A stretch of 64,000 nt of DNA, taken from positions 746,001 through 810,000 of the forward strand of contig CM052818.1 of assembly GCA_028534125.1 (NCBI GenBank), in the 5' to 3' direction. The position numbers were made by a program, and so were the translations under genes. Shown in pieces: positions 49,502 through 63,140 of the stretch. Every line of letters starts with the position of its first letter. Positions within the stretch are counted from its first letter, which is position 1. Source of the stretch: Lama glama. Lineage: Eukaryota. The notes beneath the pieces were generated by a model. It ran no database searches. It was not told the origin of the DNA and saw only the letters and a program-made list of their open reading frames with translations.

Positions 49502-52500
49502 CTAAAGAGATAAAAATCAAAACAATTAATAAGAAAACCTTTATTAATTCACTGAACAAATATTAAGTACCTTTATTGTGCAAAGCAGTTTTTAAGATTC
49601 TTGGGAAGTTTTCAAGAATCTTGGGATGTATCAGTGAACTAAACAGAAAAGTATCTATGCCTTCAAGAGCACTAGCATTCTAGAGGGAGATACACAGTAA
49701 ACAACATACTAAATAAGAAAATTATCTAGTATTTCAATAAGTTACAAGTAATATTAAAAAATTAGAAAATGCTGAGGAAGATTAGAAATACAGAGGACAT
49801 TGCAGCAGGATGCAACTTAAATAAATAAAGTGATAAGGGTCGCTTTTATTAAGAAGATGAGGTTTTAGCAGTCTGTTACATATACAACTGGCTCTCTAAC
49901 TAAGAAACAATTTATCTTATATTGAACCCAAACTTGGTCACTGTTAACCCTTACTACTGGTCTTTGGAGGTCCTGCCTCCAGAGTCACAGAAAATAAATC
50001 TAATTCTCTTCTTTGTGGTAGATTTTAAAACTAAGTTTTCCATTATAAAAGTATAAATTCCCAATATTAAGAAAATATATAGAAGTAAAAAAGACAAATT
50101 CCTACCCCTCAAAGATAACCATTGTTAACATTTTAATGTATTTCCTATATATCATTCTTCTGTTTATTTGTTTACATATTTGTATATAGTATGTATCATT
50201 TAGAATTTAGCTTTTCTGCTTTACATTGACAATAAAATATTTATTTTCCATCTTAACATTTTTTTACAGTTATACTACAGATTAAGTGTATTTAACTCTT
50301 CTCCTAATGTTAAAAATTTAGAGTGAACTAAATTTTTAATTATCAAGAATTCAGTGAAGTTGAGAGGCTGGCATCACTGGAGTGGTGGCATAGCTGTTTC
50401 CTCTGGATATACATCACATATTGAGAAGAAAGAGTATCAAGAACTAAATGTTCTATTTAAACCTGCAGTGGTTGCTCAGAAAATAAATGAAGATGCAGAT
50501 CAAAAGTTAGTGGTTTACATGATCTTCATGCAAGAACATTGTACTAAACTAAAGGAGAGAAGTTTGTGTTGATCAGCAACTTTGGCTAAGAAAGTTGAAG
50601 CAAATTTTCAAATACTCAACTTCTAAGATTACTGGATTAAGACAGTGGAGTAAAAGGACCATTAGCTCACTTTCTCTCACAAACACAACAAAATCACAAT
50701 TGCTGAACAACCATCAACTTAAAAAAAAAAAAAGACAGAACCTACTTAAAAAGATCATCAACACCTAAAGACATAAAGACTGAACCACAGTGAGATGGTA
50801 GGAGGGGTACAACTGCGATATAATCAAATCCCATGCCCCCAGAGGGGGAGACTCACAAACTGGAGAATAATTATATTGCAGAGGTTCTCTCACAGGAGTG
50901 ACAGTTCTGAACCCCACATCAGGCTTCCCAGCCCAGGGGTCCATAAGCAAGAAAAGGAGCACCCAGAGAATTTGGCTCTGATGGCCAGCAGGGCTTAACT
51001 GTGGGAGTGCCACAGGACTGAGGGGAAACTTCACTCTTAAAGGGTGAGACTTCGCTCTTACAGGGTACACAAAAAATCTCATGCTCACTGGGACTCAGGG
51101 CAAAAACAGCAACTTCATATGAACCTGGGCCAGAACCTACTTATTGATCTTGGAGGGTGTCTCCTGGGCAGGCTGTGGGGCAGCTGTGTCTAACCCCGGG
51201 GACATAAAAGCTGGTAGCAGATGTAACGGGGAGTATTTATCAGCATGAACTCTTCTCTAGGCTGACATCTTGCTTGGGTCATTAGCACCAAGACCTGGTC
51301 CCACTCAACAACCTGCAGGTTCTAGTGCTCGGATCCCTCAGGCCAAATAAATAACAAAGCCCCACCCATCAGCAGACAGACTGCCTAAAGACTTTTTGAG
51401 CCCCCAGCCACCTCTAGGCACATGCCTAGAGCAGCAGCTCCACCAGCTCCATCTCCCAGTGATCAGGCACTGGACCCTCCCTCCAGGATGTCTGAACAAG
51501 CCCCTGGACCAGCCTCACCCACCAGGATGCAGACACCAGAAGCAAGAGAACTACAATCCCACAGCCTGTGGAACAGTCTAAAAACATAGGTCAGACTCTA
51601 CCCCTGAACCAGCTGGTCCCTGGCCCTTGGGTGACAAGAAGGGAGTGCACTGCTGGGAAGTACAGGACATGTCCTATAGAGGGCCACTTCTCCAAGATCA
51701 AGAAATGTAATTAGCCTACCACAAACATAAAAATTCAACTAGAAATTTAGACAAAATGAAGTGGCAGAGGAATATGTTCCAAAGAACAAGATAAAATCCA
51801 AGAAGAAGAAATAAGTGATGTGGAGATAGGCAATCTTCTTGAGAAAGAGTTTAGAGCAATGATCGTAAAGATGGTAAGAGAACTTGGGAGGAGAATGGAT
51901 GCACAGAGAGAGAAGTTAAAAGTTTTTAACAAAGAGTTAGAAAATACAAAGAACAGAGTTGAAGAATACAATAACTGAAATGAATTAAAAACTAAAAGGA
52001 ACCAATCAATAGTAGACTAAATGAGGCAGAAGAATGCATCAAAGAGCTAGAAGACAGATTACTGGAAATCAAAACCAGAGAACAGAAAGGAAACAAACAA
52101 AAAGAATGAAAAGAAATGAGAATAGTTTGAGAGACCTTGGGGACAATATCAAGTGTACTAATACTTACATTATAGGGGTCCCAGAAAGAGGAGAGAGGGA
52201 GAGAGGCCCTGAGAAAATATTTAGAGGTAACAGCTGAAAAATTAACTTGGGAAAGGAAACAGTCACCCAAGTCCAAGAAGTTCAGAGAGTTCCATCCAGG
52301 ACTAGCCCTAAGAGGAACACACTTAGATATATTATAATTAAATTGACAAATTAAAGATAAAGAGAGATTAAAGTAACAAGGGAAAAGCAACAGATAACAT
52401 ACAAGGGAACTCCCATAAGACTATCAGCTGATTTTTCAGCACAAATTCTACATGGCAAAAGGGAGTGGCATGACATATTTAAAGTGATAAAAAGGAAAAA

Positions 52501-54948
52501 CCTACAACCAAAAATACTCTAACCAGCAAAGCTCTGGTTCAAATTTGATGGAGAAATCAAAAGCTTTACATATATATATATGTAGACTGCTATACCAAAA
52601 CCTCATGGTAACTACAAACCAAAAACCTATAGTAGACACACACACAAGAAAGAAAAAGGAATCCAAACATAACACTAAAGATAGTCATCAAATCACAAGA
52701 GAAGAGAACAAAAGAAGAAAAGGAAAACAAAGACTTACAAAAACAAATCCAAACAATGAACAAAATGGCAATAAGAACATACATATCAGTAATTACATTA
52801 AATGTAAATGGACTAAATGCCCCAACCAAAAGATACAGACTGGCTGAATGGATACAAAAGCAAGGCTTATACATTTGCATGGAAATCAAAAGAAAGCTGT
52901 AGCAATATTTATATCAGATAAAATAGACTTTAAAATAAAGACTGTCACAAGAGATAAAGAATAACACTACATAATGATCAAGAGATCAATCCAAGAAGAT
53001 AATATAACAACTGTAAATATACATGCACCCAACATAGGACAATCTCAATATATAAGGCAAATGTTAACAGACATAAAGGGAGAAATTGACAGTAACACAG
53101 TAATGGACTTTAATACCCCATTTACATCAATGGACAGTTCATCCAGACAGAAAATCAATAAGGAAACATAGGCCTTAATGCATTAGACCAGACAGACTTA
53201 TTTAAAATTTATATAGCATTCCACTTGAAAGTAGAATACATATTCTTCTCAAGTGCACATGGAACATTCTCCAGGACAGATCACATGCTGACCCACAAAG
53301 CAAGCCTTGGTAAATTTAAGAAAACTGAAATTGTATCAAGCATCTTTTCTGACCCAATGCTATGAGACTGGAAATCATCTACAGGAAAAGACTGCAAAAA
53401 CCACAAACACATGGAGGTTAAACAATATGCTACTACACAACCAATGGATCACTGAAGAAATCAAAGAGAAAATAAAATACCAAGAGAAAAATTTAAAAAA
53501 AAAAAACCCACGATGATCCAAAACTTCTGGGACACAGCAAAAGCAGCTCTAAGAGGGAAGTTTATAGTGATATAAGCTTACTTCAACTAACAAGAAAAAT
53601 CTCAAATAACCAAACATTACACCTAAAGCAACCAGAAAAAAAAACAAACAAAACCCAAAGTTAGCAGGAGGAAAGAAATCATAAAGATCAGAACAGAAAT
53701 AAATAAAAGAGACTACAAAGTCAATAGAAAAGATCAATGAAACTAAAAGCTGGTTCTTTGAAAAGATAAACAAAATTGATAAACCTGCAGCCAGACTCAT
53801 CAAGAAAAAAAGGGAGAGGGCCCAAATCAATAAAATCGGAAATAAAGAAGGAGAAGTTACAACCGACACGACAGAAATACAAAGGATCATAAAAGGCTAC
53901 TATAATAAAAACAAGCCAATAAAATGGGCAACCTAGAATAAATAGACAGATTCTTAAAAAGACAATCTCCCAAGACTGAACCAGGAAGAAATTAAAAATA
54001 TGAAGAGACCAACTACCAGTACTAAAATTAAATCAGTAATTTAAAAACTCCCAACAAAGTCTAGGACCAGAGGCTTCACAGGTGAATTCTACCTAACATT
54101 TAGGGAAGAGTTTAATGTCCATCCCTCTGAAACTATTCCAAAATATCGCAGAGGAAGGAACACTTCCAAACTCATTCTATGAGGCTACCATCATCCTGAC
54201 ACCAAAGACAGACAAAGATATCACAAAAAAAGAAAACTGCAGGCCACTTATGAACAGAGATGCAAAAATCCTCAACAAAATACTAGCAAACCAACTTCAA
54301 CAATACATTAAAAGGATAATACGTCATGATCAAGTGGGATTCATCCCAGGGATGCAAGAATTTTCCAATATCCACAAATCAATCAATGTGATATACCGCA
54401 CTAACAGAATGAGGAATAAAAACCATATAATCATCTCAATACATGCAAAAAAAAAAGCTTCTGATAAAATTCAACATCCATTTATGATAAAAACTCTCCA
54501 GAAAGTGGGCACAAAGGAAATATACCTCAATACAATAACGGCCATATATGACCAAACCCACAGTTAATATCATACTCAATGGTGAAAAGTTGAAAGCATT
54601 TCTTCTAACATCAAGAACAAGACAAAGATGCCCATTCTCATCTCTTTTATTCAACAGTTTTGGAAGTCCTAGTCTCAGCAATCAGAGAAGAAAAGGAAAT
54701 AAAAGGGATTCAAATTAGAAAAGAAGTCAAACTGCCATTGTTTGCAGATGACACAATACTATACACAGAAAATTCTAAAGACGCTACCAGAGAACTATTA
54801 GAGCTCATCAATAAATTCGGCGAAGTTGTAAGATACAAAATTAACATACAGAAATCTGTTGCATTTCTTTACACTAACAATGAAATATCATAAAAAGAAA
54901 GTGAAAAGAAATCCCCTTTAAAATCACATCAAAATGGATAAAACAAGT

Positions 54949-55055
54949 GAGGAGGGTAGAGCTCAGTAGCAGAGTACATGCTTAGCATGCATGAGGTCCT
55001 AGGTTCAATCCCCACTACCTCCATCAAAAAAATAAATAAATAAACCTAAAAAAAA
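54949..55055 (+). mobile_element. vic-1-like SINE nested in L1 ORF2
   Basis: gaggagggtagagctcagtagcagagtacatgcttagcatgcatgaggtcctaggttcaatccccactacctcca plus A tail. The flanks share ggataaaaca. Confidence 0.88.
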
Positions 55056-55798
55056 GGATAAAACATCTAGTAATAAACCTCTTGGGAGGCAAAGGACCTA
55101 TATTCCGAAAACAGTAAGACACCGATGAAAGAAACTGAAGATGACACAAACAAATGGAAAGATACACCATGTTCTCGGGTTGGAAGAATCAATACTGTTA
55201 AAATGGACATACTACCCAAGGCAACCTACAGATTCAATGCGATCCCTATTAAATTACCAATGGTATTTTTCACAGAACTGGAACAAAACTTTTTACATAA
55301 ACATGGAAGACCCTGAACAGCCGAAACAATCGTGAGAAAGAAAATGGAGCTGGAGGGATCACACTCCCTGACTTCAAAGCTACAATAATCAAAACACTAT
55401 GGTACTGGGACAAAAACACATAGATTACTGGAACAAGATAGAAAGCCCAGAAATAAACCCATGCACTTACGGTCAATTAACCCATGACAAAGGAAGCAAG
55501 AATATATGATGGAGAAAAGACAGTCTCTCCAGTAAGTGGTGCTCGGAAAACTGGAAAACTACCTGTAGAAGAATGAAATTAGAACATTCTCTAACATCAT
55601 ATACAAAAATAAACCCAAAATGGATTAAGGGCCTAAATGTAAGACTGGATACCATAAAACTCCTAGAGCAAAACAAAGGCAGAACACTCTCATGTAAATC
55701 GCAGCAATATATATTTCTTTGCTCCATCTCCTAGAGCATTGGAAATAAAAGCAAAAATAAGCAAACTGGACCTAATTAAACTTAGAGACTTTTGCACA

Positions 55799-56096
55799 CC
55801 ATCATTAAAAAGTCCATAAATGATAAATGCTGGAGAGGGTGTGGAATCCTCCTACACTGTTGGTAGGAAATGTAAATGGTGCAGCCGCTATGGAAGACAG
55901 TATGGAGATTCCTCAAAAAACTAAAAATAGACTTACCATATGATACAGCAATCCCACTCTTAGGCATAGATCTGGAGGAAAATATAATTCGAAAGACACA
56001 TGTACCCCAATGTTCACAGCAGCACTATTTACAAAAGCCAACACATGGAAACAACCCAAATTTCCATCTACAGATGACTGGACAAAGAAGATGTGA

Positions 56097-56141
<45 letters not shown>

Positions 56142-56364
56142 GTAATTTAATACTACTTGGTCATAAAAAAGAATAAAGTAATGCCATTTGCAGCAACGTG
56201 GATGGACCTGGAGATTGTCATTCAAAGTGAAGTTAAGTCAGAAAGAGAAAGAAAAATACCATATATCACTTAAATGTAAAATCTATACAAAAGGATACAA
56301 ATGAACTTATCTACAAAACAGACTCAAAAAACCAACCAACCAACCAACCAACCAACCAACCAAC
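55799..56364 (+). mobile_element. Nested truncated L1 with (AACC)n tail and internal (TG)n(TA)n microsatellite
   Basis: Flanked by cttttgcaca at 55789-55798 and 56365-56374. The host ORF2 resumes after the second copy. Confidence 0.8.
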
Positions 56365-56761
56365 CTTTTGCACAGCAAAGGAAACCATAAACTAAATGAA
56401 AAGAGAATCTACAGAATGGAAGAAAATATTTGCCAATGAGGGGGGCAAGGGGTCAAAAAAAACTAAACCCAATCCAAAAATGTGCAGAAGATCTAAACAT
56501 ATATTTCTCCAAAGAAGGCATACAGATACACCAGTCAGAACAGCCATCATTAAAAAGTCTACAAACAGGAAGTGCTGGAGAGGGTGTGGAGAAAAAGAAC
56601 TATCCTACACTACTGATGAGAATGTAATTTGGTGCAGCCATTATGGAAAATAGTACGGAAATTCCTTAAAAAACTAAAAATAGAGTTGCTATATGATCCA
56701 GCAATCCCACTCCTGGACATATATCCAGAGAAACTCTAACTAGAAAAGATACATCTCTTAC

Positions 56762-57003
56762 CATTAGTGCCATGAGAAACAGTAATCTGTTGTACTGAAG
56801 ATGATGAAGCAAACCTGACAGGAACATTGCCCAGCTTCTGCGTACTGGTCTCTGGAATTTGATGTCCACGGTCTTTAGCATTAACAAAAATCTCAGATGA
56901 AAATATGGCTTTTCCTGGACTTTCTGTTGTTATCTGAGTAACTGCATCAGAAGACATTTTTCCAGAGAAGGAAGAAACTGGGGCCTTAATCTCCCGTGAT
57001 GAT
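56762..57003 (-). CDS. ALMS1: ALMS1 coding exon (human exon 11 equivalent), 242 nt, phase 2-1
   Basis: Acceptor ttttctttcag|A and donor G|gtaaga. Encodes SSREIKAPVSSFSGKMSSDAVTQITTESPGKAIFSSEIFVNAKDRGHQ...FASSSSVQQITVSHGTN, recognisably ALMS1. Confidence 0.93.
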
Positions 57004-57439
57004 CTGAAAGAAAAAGAGAAAAGGACACAGAAGGTCATATCCTTGCCTAATCAAATACTCTAATTTCATTCCAGAAGTGGCTTCAGGGAATATTTTGTGG
57101 CGATACATCAAAACAAATGGTTAAGTTATTTCTGCAGCACCCTTCACTTTCTTAGATACTTATTACAATGTGATCATGAATGAGTACTTTTATTTATTTT
57201 AAAATCTACTTTTATTTTCAATTTAGAATGCTATTATGTAAGTTAGCTGAAGAAAGGGTATTTTTTAGTTAAAGTGAAAATACAATCATTCCTTTTTTTA
57301 AATTACTGGAAGTCCATTATAAATTAGGGGACTGTGTAAATGCATAGAGTGTACAAAATAAACAAGAAACTAAGCCTTCCCTCAAAAAGTTTATATGTCA
57401 GTGGGAGAACTGGAGGTTTTTAAGGTTGTAATTACATAT

Positions 57440-59100
57440 AAAAATTATAAAGACTCCATATTAAAACAGAATGGAGCAAATAAATGATGGTATACAAAGT
57501 AATAGGAGGGAGGAGACAAATCTTCCTAAAAGAAGAATTCCAAATAATATATGTAGGTATCTTACCCCCCACCACCACCCACCTCCCCACAAGGAGATGA
57601 AGCTTAATCTCTCCCTTCTCTCTTGAGTATGGGCTGGATTTAATGACTGGATTCCAAAGAAGAGAGTATAAAAGGAGAGAAATAGTAACTTTTAGTGGAG
57701 CAACGTAGCAAACACCATGTTATCCAAGAGATGATGGCTCACATCATGTGAACGTTACACACTCGGCTGTTATGATGTGATGAGAACAGCACTGTGCTTC
57801 TGCGATATTCTTTACCCAAATACATAACTCCTGTCTAATCATGAGAAAAACATCAGCCAAACTCAGAAAAATTCTACAAAATATCAAACCAGTATTTTTC
57901 AAGACTGTCAAAATCATGAAAAACAAGGAAGGAATGAGGAACTGTCACAGACCAGAATTGACTAAGGAGACATGACAACTAACTAAATGAACATGATATA
58001 GTGAATTGGATCCTGGAACAGAAAAAGGTCATTAGTGGGAAAACATGAAATCCAAAATAAAATCTGAGGTTTAGTTTACAGTAATGTATTAACATTGGCT
58101 TCTTAAATTTGAAAAATGTATTATGAGAGTATAAGATGTTAACAGTAGGAAAAAGTGGGAGGGGGTAAAGGGAACTCTACAATCTTTCTGTCTTTTCTGT
58201 TAATCTACAATTATTTGAAAATTAAAAAGTATATTTTTAAAAACAGTAATATTGTGCTGAATTATATTGGAGTAATGCTATAATATATCACAAAATCAGA
58301 AGGGCTTTTAAATCTCTACCCTCTGCCTACTATCCACTAACTGAAAGGACAATTGTGAGAAAAGAAAATAATAGGCCAATCTCCCTCATGAATACAGAAG
58401 CAGAAGTCCTACAAATGTTAGACAATCAAATGTGTGTGTGTGAATTCCTACCAAGATGGCTTACTCCAAAAGTGCAAGATGAGTTAACATTCAAAAAGCA
58501 ATCAATTTGATTTACCACATCAGTAAATAGAAGAGGAAATGTATATGACCATTGTCAATATAGTCAGATAAGGCATTTGATATAATTTAACAAAAAACTC
58601 ACAGCAAAGGGAAACTACAAAAAACTTCAGAGCCACCATCTTATTTATTATGAAATGTTGGAGATTGTTCACTGTGAGATCAGGAACAAAGCAACTCTTA
58701 TCAACTCTTATCTTTTCTATTCAACATATTAGTAAAGGTCTTAAATGGCATTAACAGTAGGACACAAAAAAGAAATGAAGATATAAAGATAAGAAAGGAA
58801 GAAGTAATACTGTTATTTTTCATATTTGATATGATTAGGGATATAGAAAGTCCAAAACAGATAACTTACTAGAATACAGAAGGTTTTTAGAAAAGTTGCC
58901 AGCTAAGAAATCAGCTTTTAAAAAATTTCACATTTTTTAGAACCTGAAAAATTATAAAATTAAAAACTAAAAATGTCATATACACTACCATCAAAACATC
59001 AAATACCTAATAATAAGTATAATAAAACATGTTAAGAACCTTAAATAGAAAACTTAATGTAGAGAGAAATTAATGATGATCTAAGTAAGATTTCCAATTC
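57440..59100 (+). mobile_element. Old L1MC/ME-like fragments
   Basis: aagactgtcaaaatcatgaaaaacaaggaaggaatgaggaactgtcacagacca...ggatcctggaacagaaaaaggtcattagtgggaaaac, followed by decayed ORF2. Confidence 0.7.
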
Positions 59101-59113
59101 CAGGAAGGATGTA

Positions 59114-59596
59114 CAGGCATACTTGTTTTCCTGTGCTTCACTTTACTGTACCTCGCAGACACTGCATTTTTCATAAGTTGAAGGTTTTTGGAAGCCCTGT
59201 GTTGAGCAAGTCTATTGATGCCATTTTTGCAACAGTGTTTGCTCACTTCATGTCTGTGTCATATTTTGTTAATTCTCACAATATTTCAAACATTTTCATT
59301 ATTATACTTGTTACGCTGATCTGTGATCTTTGATGTTACTATTACAAAAAGATTATAACTCGCTGAAGGCTCAGATGATGGTTAGCATTTTTTAGCAGTG
59401 AAGTCTACTCTTTAATTAAGGTATGTACATTTTTTTAGACATAATCCTATTGCACACGTAACAGACCACTATGTTGACTACTGTAAACAAAACTTACTGG
59501 CCCTGGGAAACCAAAACATTCATATGACTCTATTATGATAGTCACTTTATTGTGGTCTGGAATAAAACCCATAATGTCTCCATAATAATATGCCTG
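59114..59596 (+). mobile_element. Tigger1-derived internally deleted DNA transposon
   Basis: TA|caggcatacttgttttcctgtgcttcacttt...aagttgaaggtttttggaagccctgtgttgagcaagtctat ... atatgcctg|TA. TIRs and TA TSD present. Confidence 0.88.
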
Positions 59597-60849
59597 TAGT
59601 AGGCGGCAACAGGCCATCACTCTTGCAACAAGTAAACAAAATTGGATAAATTATAAAAACTATAGTTTAAAAATCATAGAACTATGGAAGCAATCAAGAA
59701 ACAGTATCAACTAATATGCTAGAAAGGGACATTTAGAGATTCTGGGCTGGGGTTTGGTGTAGGGAGACATACTTCACTGAAAAAGAGAAATCACTAGAGC
59801 TTTTCATAAACTAATTTGATGACATGATGGAGTAAAATCTAGCAGAATGTCAAGTCAATTTTCCCCTGCAGGACATTTCCTTAGTGTTAGGATGGTACGG
59901 GATGATGGGGGACTGAGCCAGGAAAGCAGAGTGAAATTTCCTGCATAGTCATGGCACTACTAACAAACCAAGCCCCACCAGATAGAGGGGTCTGTGACAA
60001 ACATTAGGTCTCCTCCTCAAGACATTTGCCAGATTTTGAACCTGCATAAGGCAGGAAGCTAACTAACTGATGCCTGAGGGAGACAACTTTCAAAAGTGAG
60101 GAATTAAGAGATCTACCAGGCTTGCAACAAAAACCCAGAAATGCCACCCCCAAGAAGGGAGTTGAGTCAGAAAAAGTGAAATCATCTTCAATGTTTCAGT
60201 GTATATGAGACAAATTTCCACTGAAAAAGTGTAACTGCAGTAAATACATACTGGTTTCCCTTTACATCTGTTAAAGCTGTGAGGGCTGAGAGGGCTAAGA
60301 GCCTAAAGAACTGAGCTCAAACATCTGAAATACTGAACCGAGAACGCACCGTAATTTAACTACTAAGGAAATAAAGATCTGTCAAGCTAAAGCAAAAACC
60401 CAGGGAGGCCACAAATCAGGAAAAAATCATAGGTAGAATGAGACAAATAAAGCTCCAACCCAACTCTGACCTAGTAAAATTCTTGAGATGACTGGAGTGA
60501 CCTGCCATTCCACCTGATTAACAGAGAATAGGGTAAATCTTCTCTGGTGCAAAGTAATAGCATCTTCAGTCTCTATGATTTTTTTTATTCACAATGCCCA
60601 CCACACAATCAAGAATTATAAAATTTGTGAAGCAGGAAAAAATGACTAAAAATTAAGAGAAAAAACACAGACAAACTGATGTACAAAGGATTCAGATAGT
60701 GGAGTTAGCACAGAAGGTCTTCAAAAGTGATTATTAATATATTGAGAGTACAAGATAGGGATTAATAGATAAAAATAAGGAGAATCTCAATAGAAAATTA
60801 GAATCTATTTAAAAAAAATCAAATACAGACAAATAAAAAATAAGAAAAC

Positions 60850-62250
60850 TGGTCCCCAGTTGGGGGGAAATGGGGAAATATTTGTTTGTCAAAGAGTACA
60901 AACTTCCAATTAGAAGATGAGTAAATTCTGAGGATCTATGCACAGCACTGTGATGATATTAACAATAATGTATTATATGGTTGAAAGTCGTTGAGAGTAG
61001 ATCTTAAATTTTCTCACCACAAAAAAGTAATGATAATTATATGACCTGATGGTGGTGTTAGCTAATGCTATGATGGTAATTACTTTGCAACATATGTGTA
61101 TCAAATCAACACACTGTAAACCTTAAACTATGTTATACGTCAATTTTACCTCAATAAAGCTAGAAAAAAAATCCTATTCTCAAAAAAAAAAAAAAAGAAA
61201 CAAGAATTCTTTGGAAAAATGATTTCAGAGCTAGGGGAAGGTACAGTAGCCAATATGAAAATGTTAATAGCTAAAACTGAAACAACTTGAGTACTTTTGC
61301 ATCCAAAGAATGAAATAAATGTCCTTGAGTCCATACTGATGCACATGAAAAACTAATGAAATAAATAAATGGAGGAGGAACAACAGTTCTTGCTTACAGA
61401 AGAATGCCAATTAATAAATGTAGAAGGAATGAAGGAAATAATGAAGGAACTCCATTGGAATATCAGAGTAACGACTGCTATGGGCAAGATCCACTTGAAG
61501 AATGCTAAAATTAGTGATCAAAGTTTGAGCAGAAATAAGATATTTGCATAGTCTATCAGTATCCCTCAAATATTTAGTACTTACAAAGGAAAAACATTAA
61601 CTTCATGGTGGAGCATATTGGTAGACAGTACTTTGGCCAAGTGATCAAGGTTAACATCACCAGTAATGCTTAACAATTTGATGCGTTCCCTGACAAGATG
61701 CACTGAAAATGCATAATCTCCATCTAATCTTTTTTTATATAAATAACATCTTTTTTTAAAGTTACTGTTCTCATGTATTTTTATTTTATTTTATTTTATT
61801 TGGGAAGGAGGTAATTAGGTTTATTTAATTACTTTTTCAGTGGATATACTGGGGATTGAACCCAGGACCTGGTGCATGCTAAGCTCACATTCTACCACTT
61901 GATCTATACTCTCCCCCTCTCAATCTAATCTTGAGACAACATCAGACAAAGCCAAATTGAAAAGACTTTCTCCAAAATAACTAATCAATTCTCTTCGAAG
62001 TGTCACGGTCATGAAAAATGAGGAAAGACTGAGAAATTGCCACAGATTAGAGGAGACTGAGGAGACAAGGAGACAGGATAATTAAATGCAAAGTGGGATC
62101 CTGGGATGGACCTGAAACAGAAAAGTGGCAAAATCAGGGGAAATCCAAATCAGTTTATATATTTTACTAAAATTTTATATCAAGAATTTCTCAGTTTTGG
62201 TTAAATGTTTTACTGTTATGATGTCATAGGGTAATCCTAATATAAGGAGG
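60850..62250 (+). mobile_element. L1 3'UTR fragments (L1MA-like then L1MC-like)
   Basis: gtacaaacttccaattagaagatgagtaaattctgaggatcta...cctcaataaagct; ccaagtgatcaaggttaacatcaccagtaa; ggatcctgggatggacctgaaacagaaaag. Confidence 0.75.
61732..61917 (-). mobile_element. vic-1-like SINE
   Basis: tactggggattgaacccaggacctggtgcatgctaagctcacattctaccacttgatctatactctcccc. The flanks share atctaatctt. Confidence 0.85.
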
Positions 62251-62268
62251 AGCTTTAGCAAAGGGTAT

Positions 62269-62766
62269 TCTGGCAAACTCTAAAATATCCCTGCAAGGAT
62301 CTCTGCCTCCTGGTACTCATGCCCTTGCTTAACCCCCAACCCTTGACTTAAGGGTGATTTCTTTTCTCTCTAATGGAATGTGGCAGAAGTGGTAAGATTC
62401 ACTTCCAAGCTTAGGTTACAAAGACGATGGCTTTTGTTGTGGGCACCCACTCTTGCTCTCTCACTTGCTCACTCTGAGAGAAGCTCAGCTGTCATATGTG
62501 AGCTGCCTTATGGAAGGAAGAAACTGATGTCTCTGGCCAGTAACTATGTGAGTGAGTTTTGGAGGACATCCTCTCAGTCAAGCCTGGAGATGGGAACACA
62601 GCTAGACCCAATACCTTGTTTGTAACCTTGTGAGAGACCCTGAGTTAGAAGAACCCAGCTAAACCATGCCTGGATTTATGACCTACAGAAACTTTGGGGT
62701 AATATTTATTGTTTTAAGCTGCTACGTTTCAGGGTAATACATTACACTGCAATAGATAATTTACAC
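62269..62766 (+). mobile_element. MLT1-type MaLR LTR
   Basis: gcctcctggtactcatgccctt...cttgtgagagaccctgag...acccagctaaaccatgcctgga...gacctacagaaact...ttgttttaagctgct...gcaatagataat. Confidence 0.82.
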
Positions 62767-62904
62767 AGGAGCTCTTTCTACTATTTTTGCAACTCCTCTG
62801 TAAGACTAAAAGTATCTCAAAATAAAAAAAGTTTAAAACATATACTTACATTTGTTTTATGCACACACACACATGAGTGTGTATATGTATATATAGTTTC
62901 AATT

Positions 62905-63140
62905 ATTTGTGGACTCTGGTGTCAGACAAACCCAGGTTCAAATGCCACATCTAACACTTAATGGCCATGTAATTCTGGGCAAAACATTTAATTTCTCTAA
63001 GTATTAGGTTCTTAAAATCTATAAAACTGAAGTAATAATCTCTAGCTTTGATGATTATACTAAGTATAAAGTGATACACACATCAACTGTAATGCCTGGT
63101 ATTTAGTACATTCTGAACAAACGGCATTATTATTAGTTCA
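62905..63140 (+). mobile_element. MIR SINE
   Basis: ggactctggtgtcagacaaacccaggttcaaatgccac...ctgggcaaaacatttaatttctctaag...atctataaaactga. Confidence 0.75.

Larger units (their letters stand above)
50630..56754 (+). mobile_element. Decayed near-full-length L1 (5'UTR, partial ORF1, ORF2), lacking its 3' end, with nested SINE and L1
   Basis: GC-richer 5'UTR. ORF1 start atgaagtggcagaggaatatg near 51756. ORF2 start MAIRTYISVITLNVNGLNAP at 52765. RT segments [22 protein letters not shown] and LFADD. Many stops and frameshifts. Confidence 0.92.

Noticed and set aside
54115..54567. 150-aa reverse-transcriptase-like ORF and other L1-derived ORFs
   Set aside because: These are fragments of decayed L1 ORF2 broken by stops and frameshifts; they are neither an active element nor a host gene.
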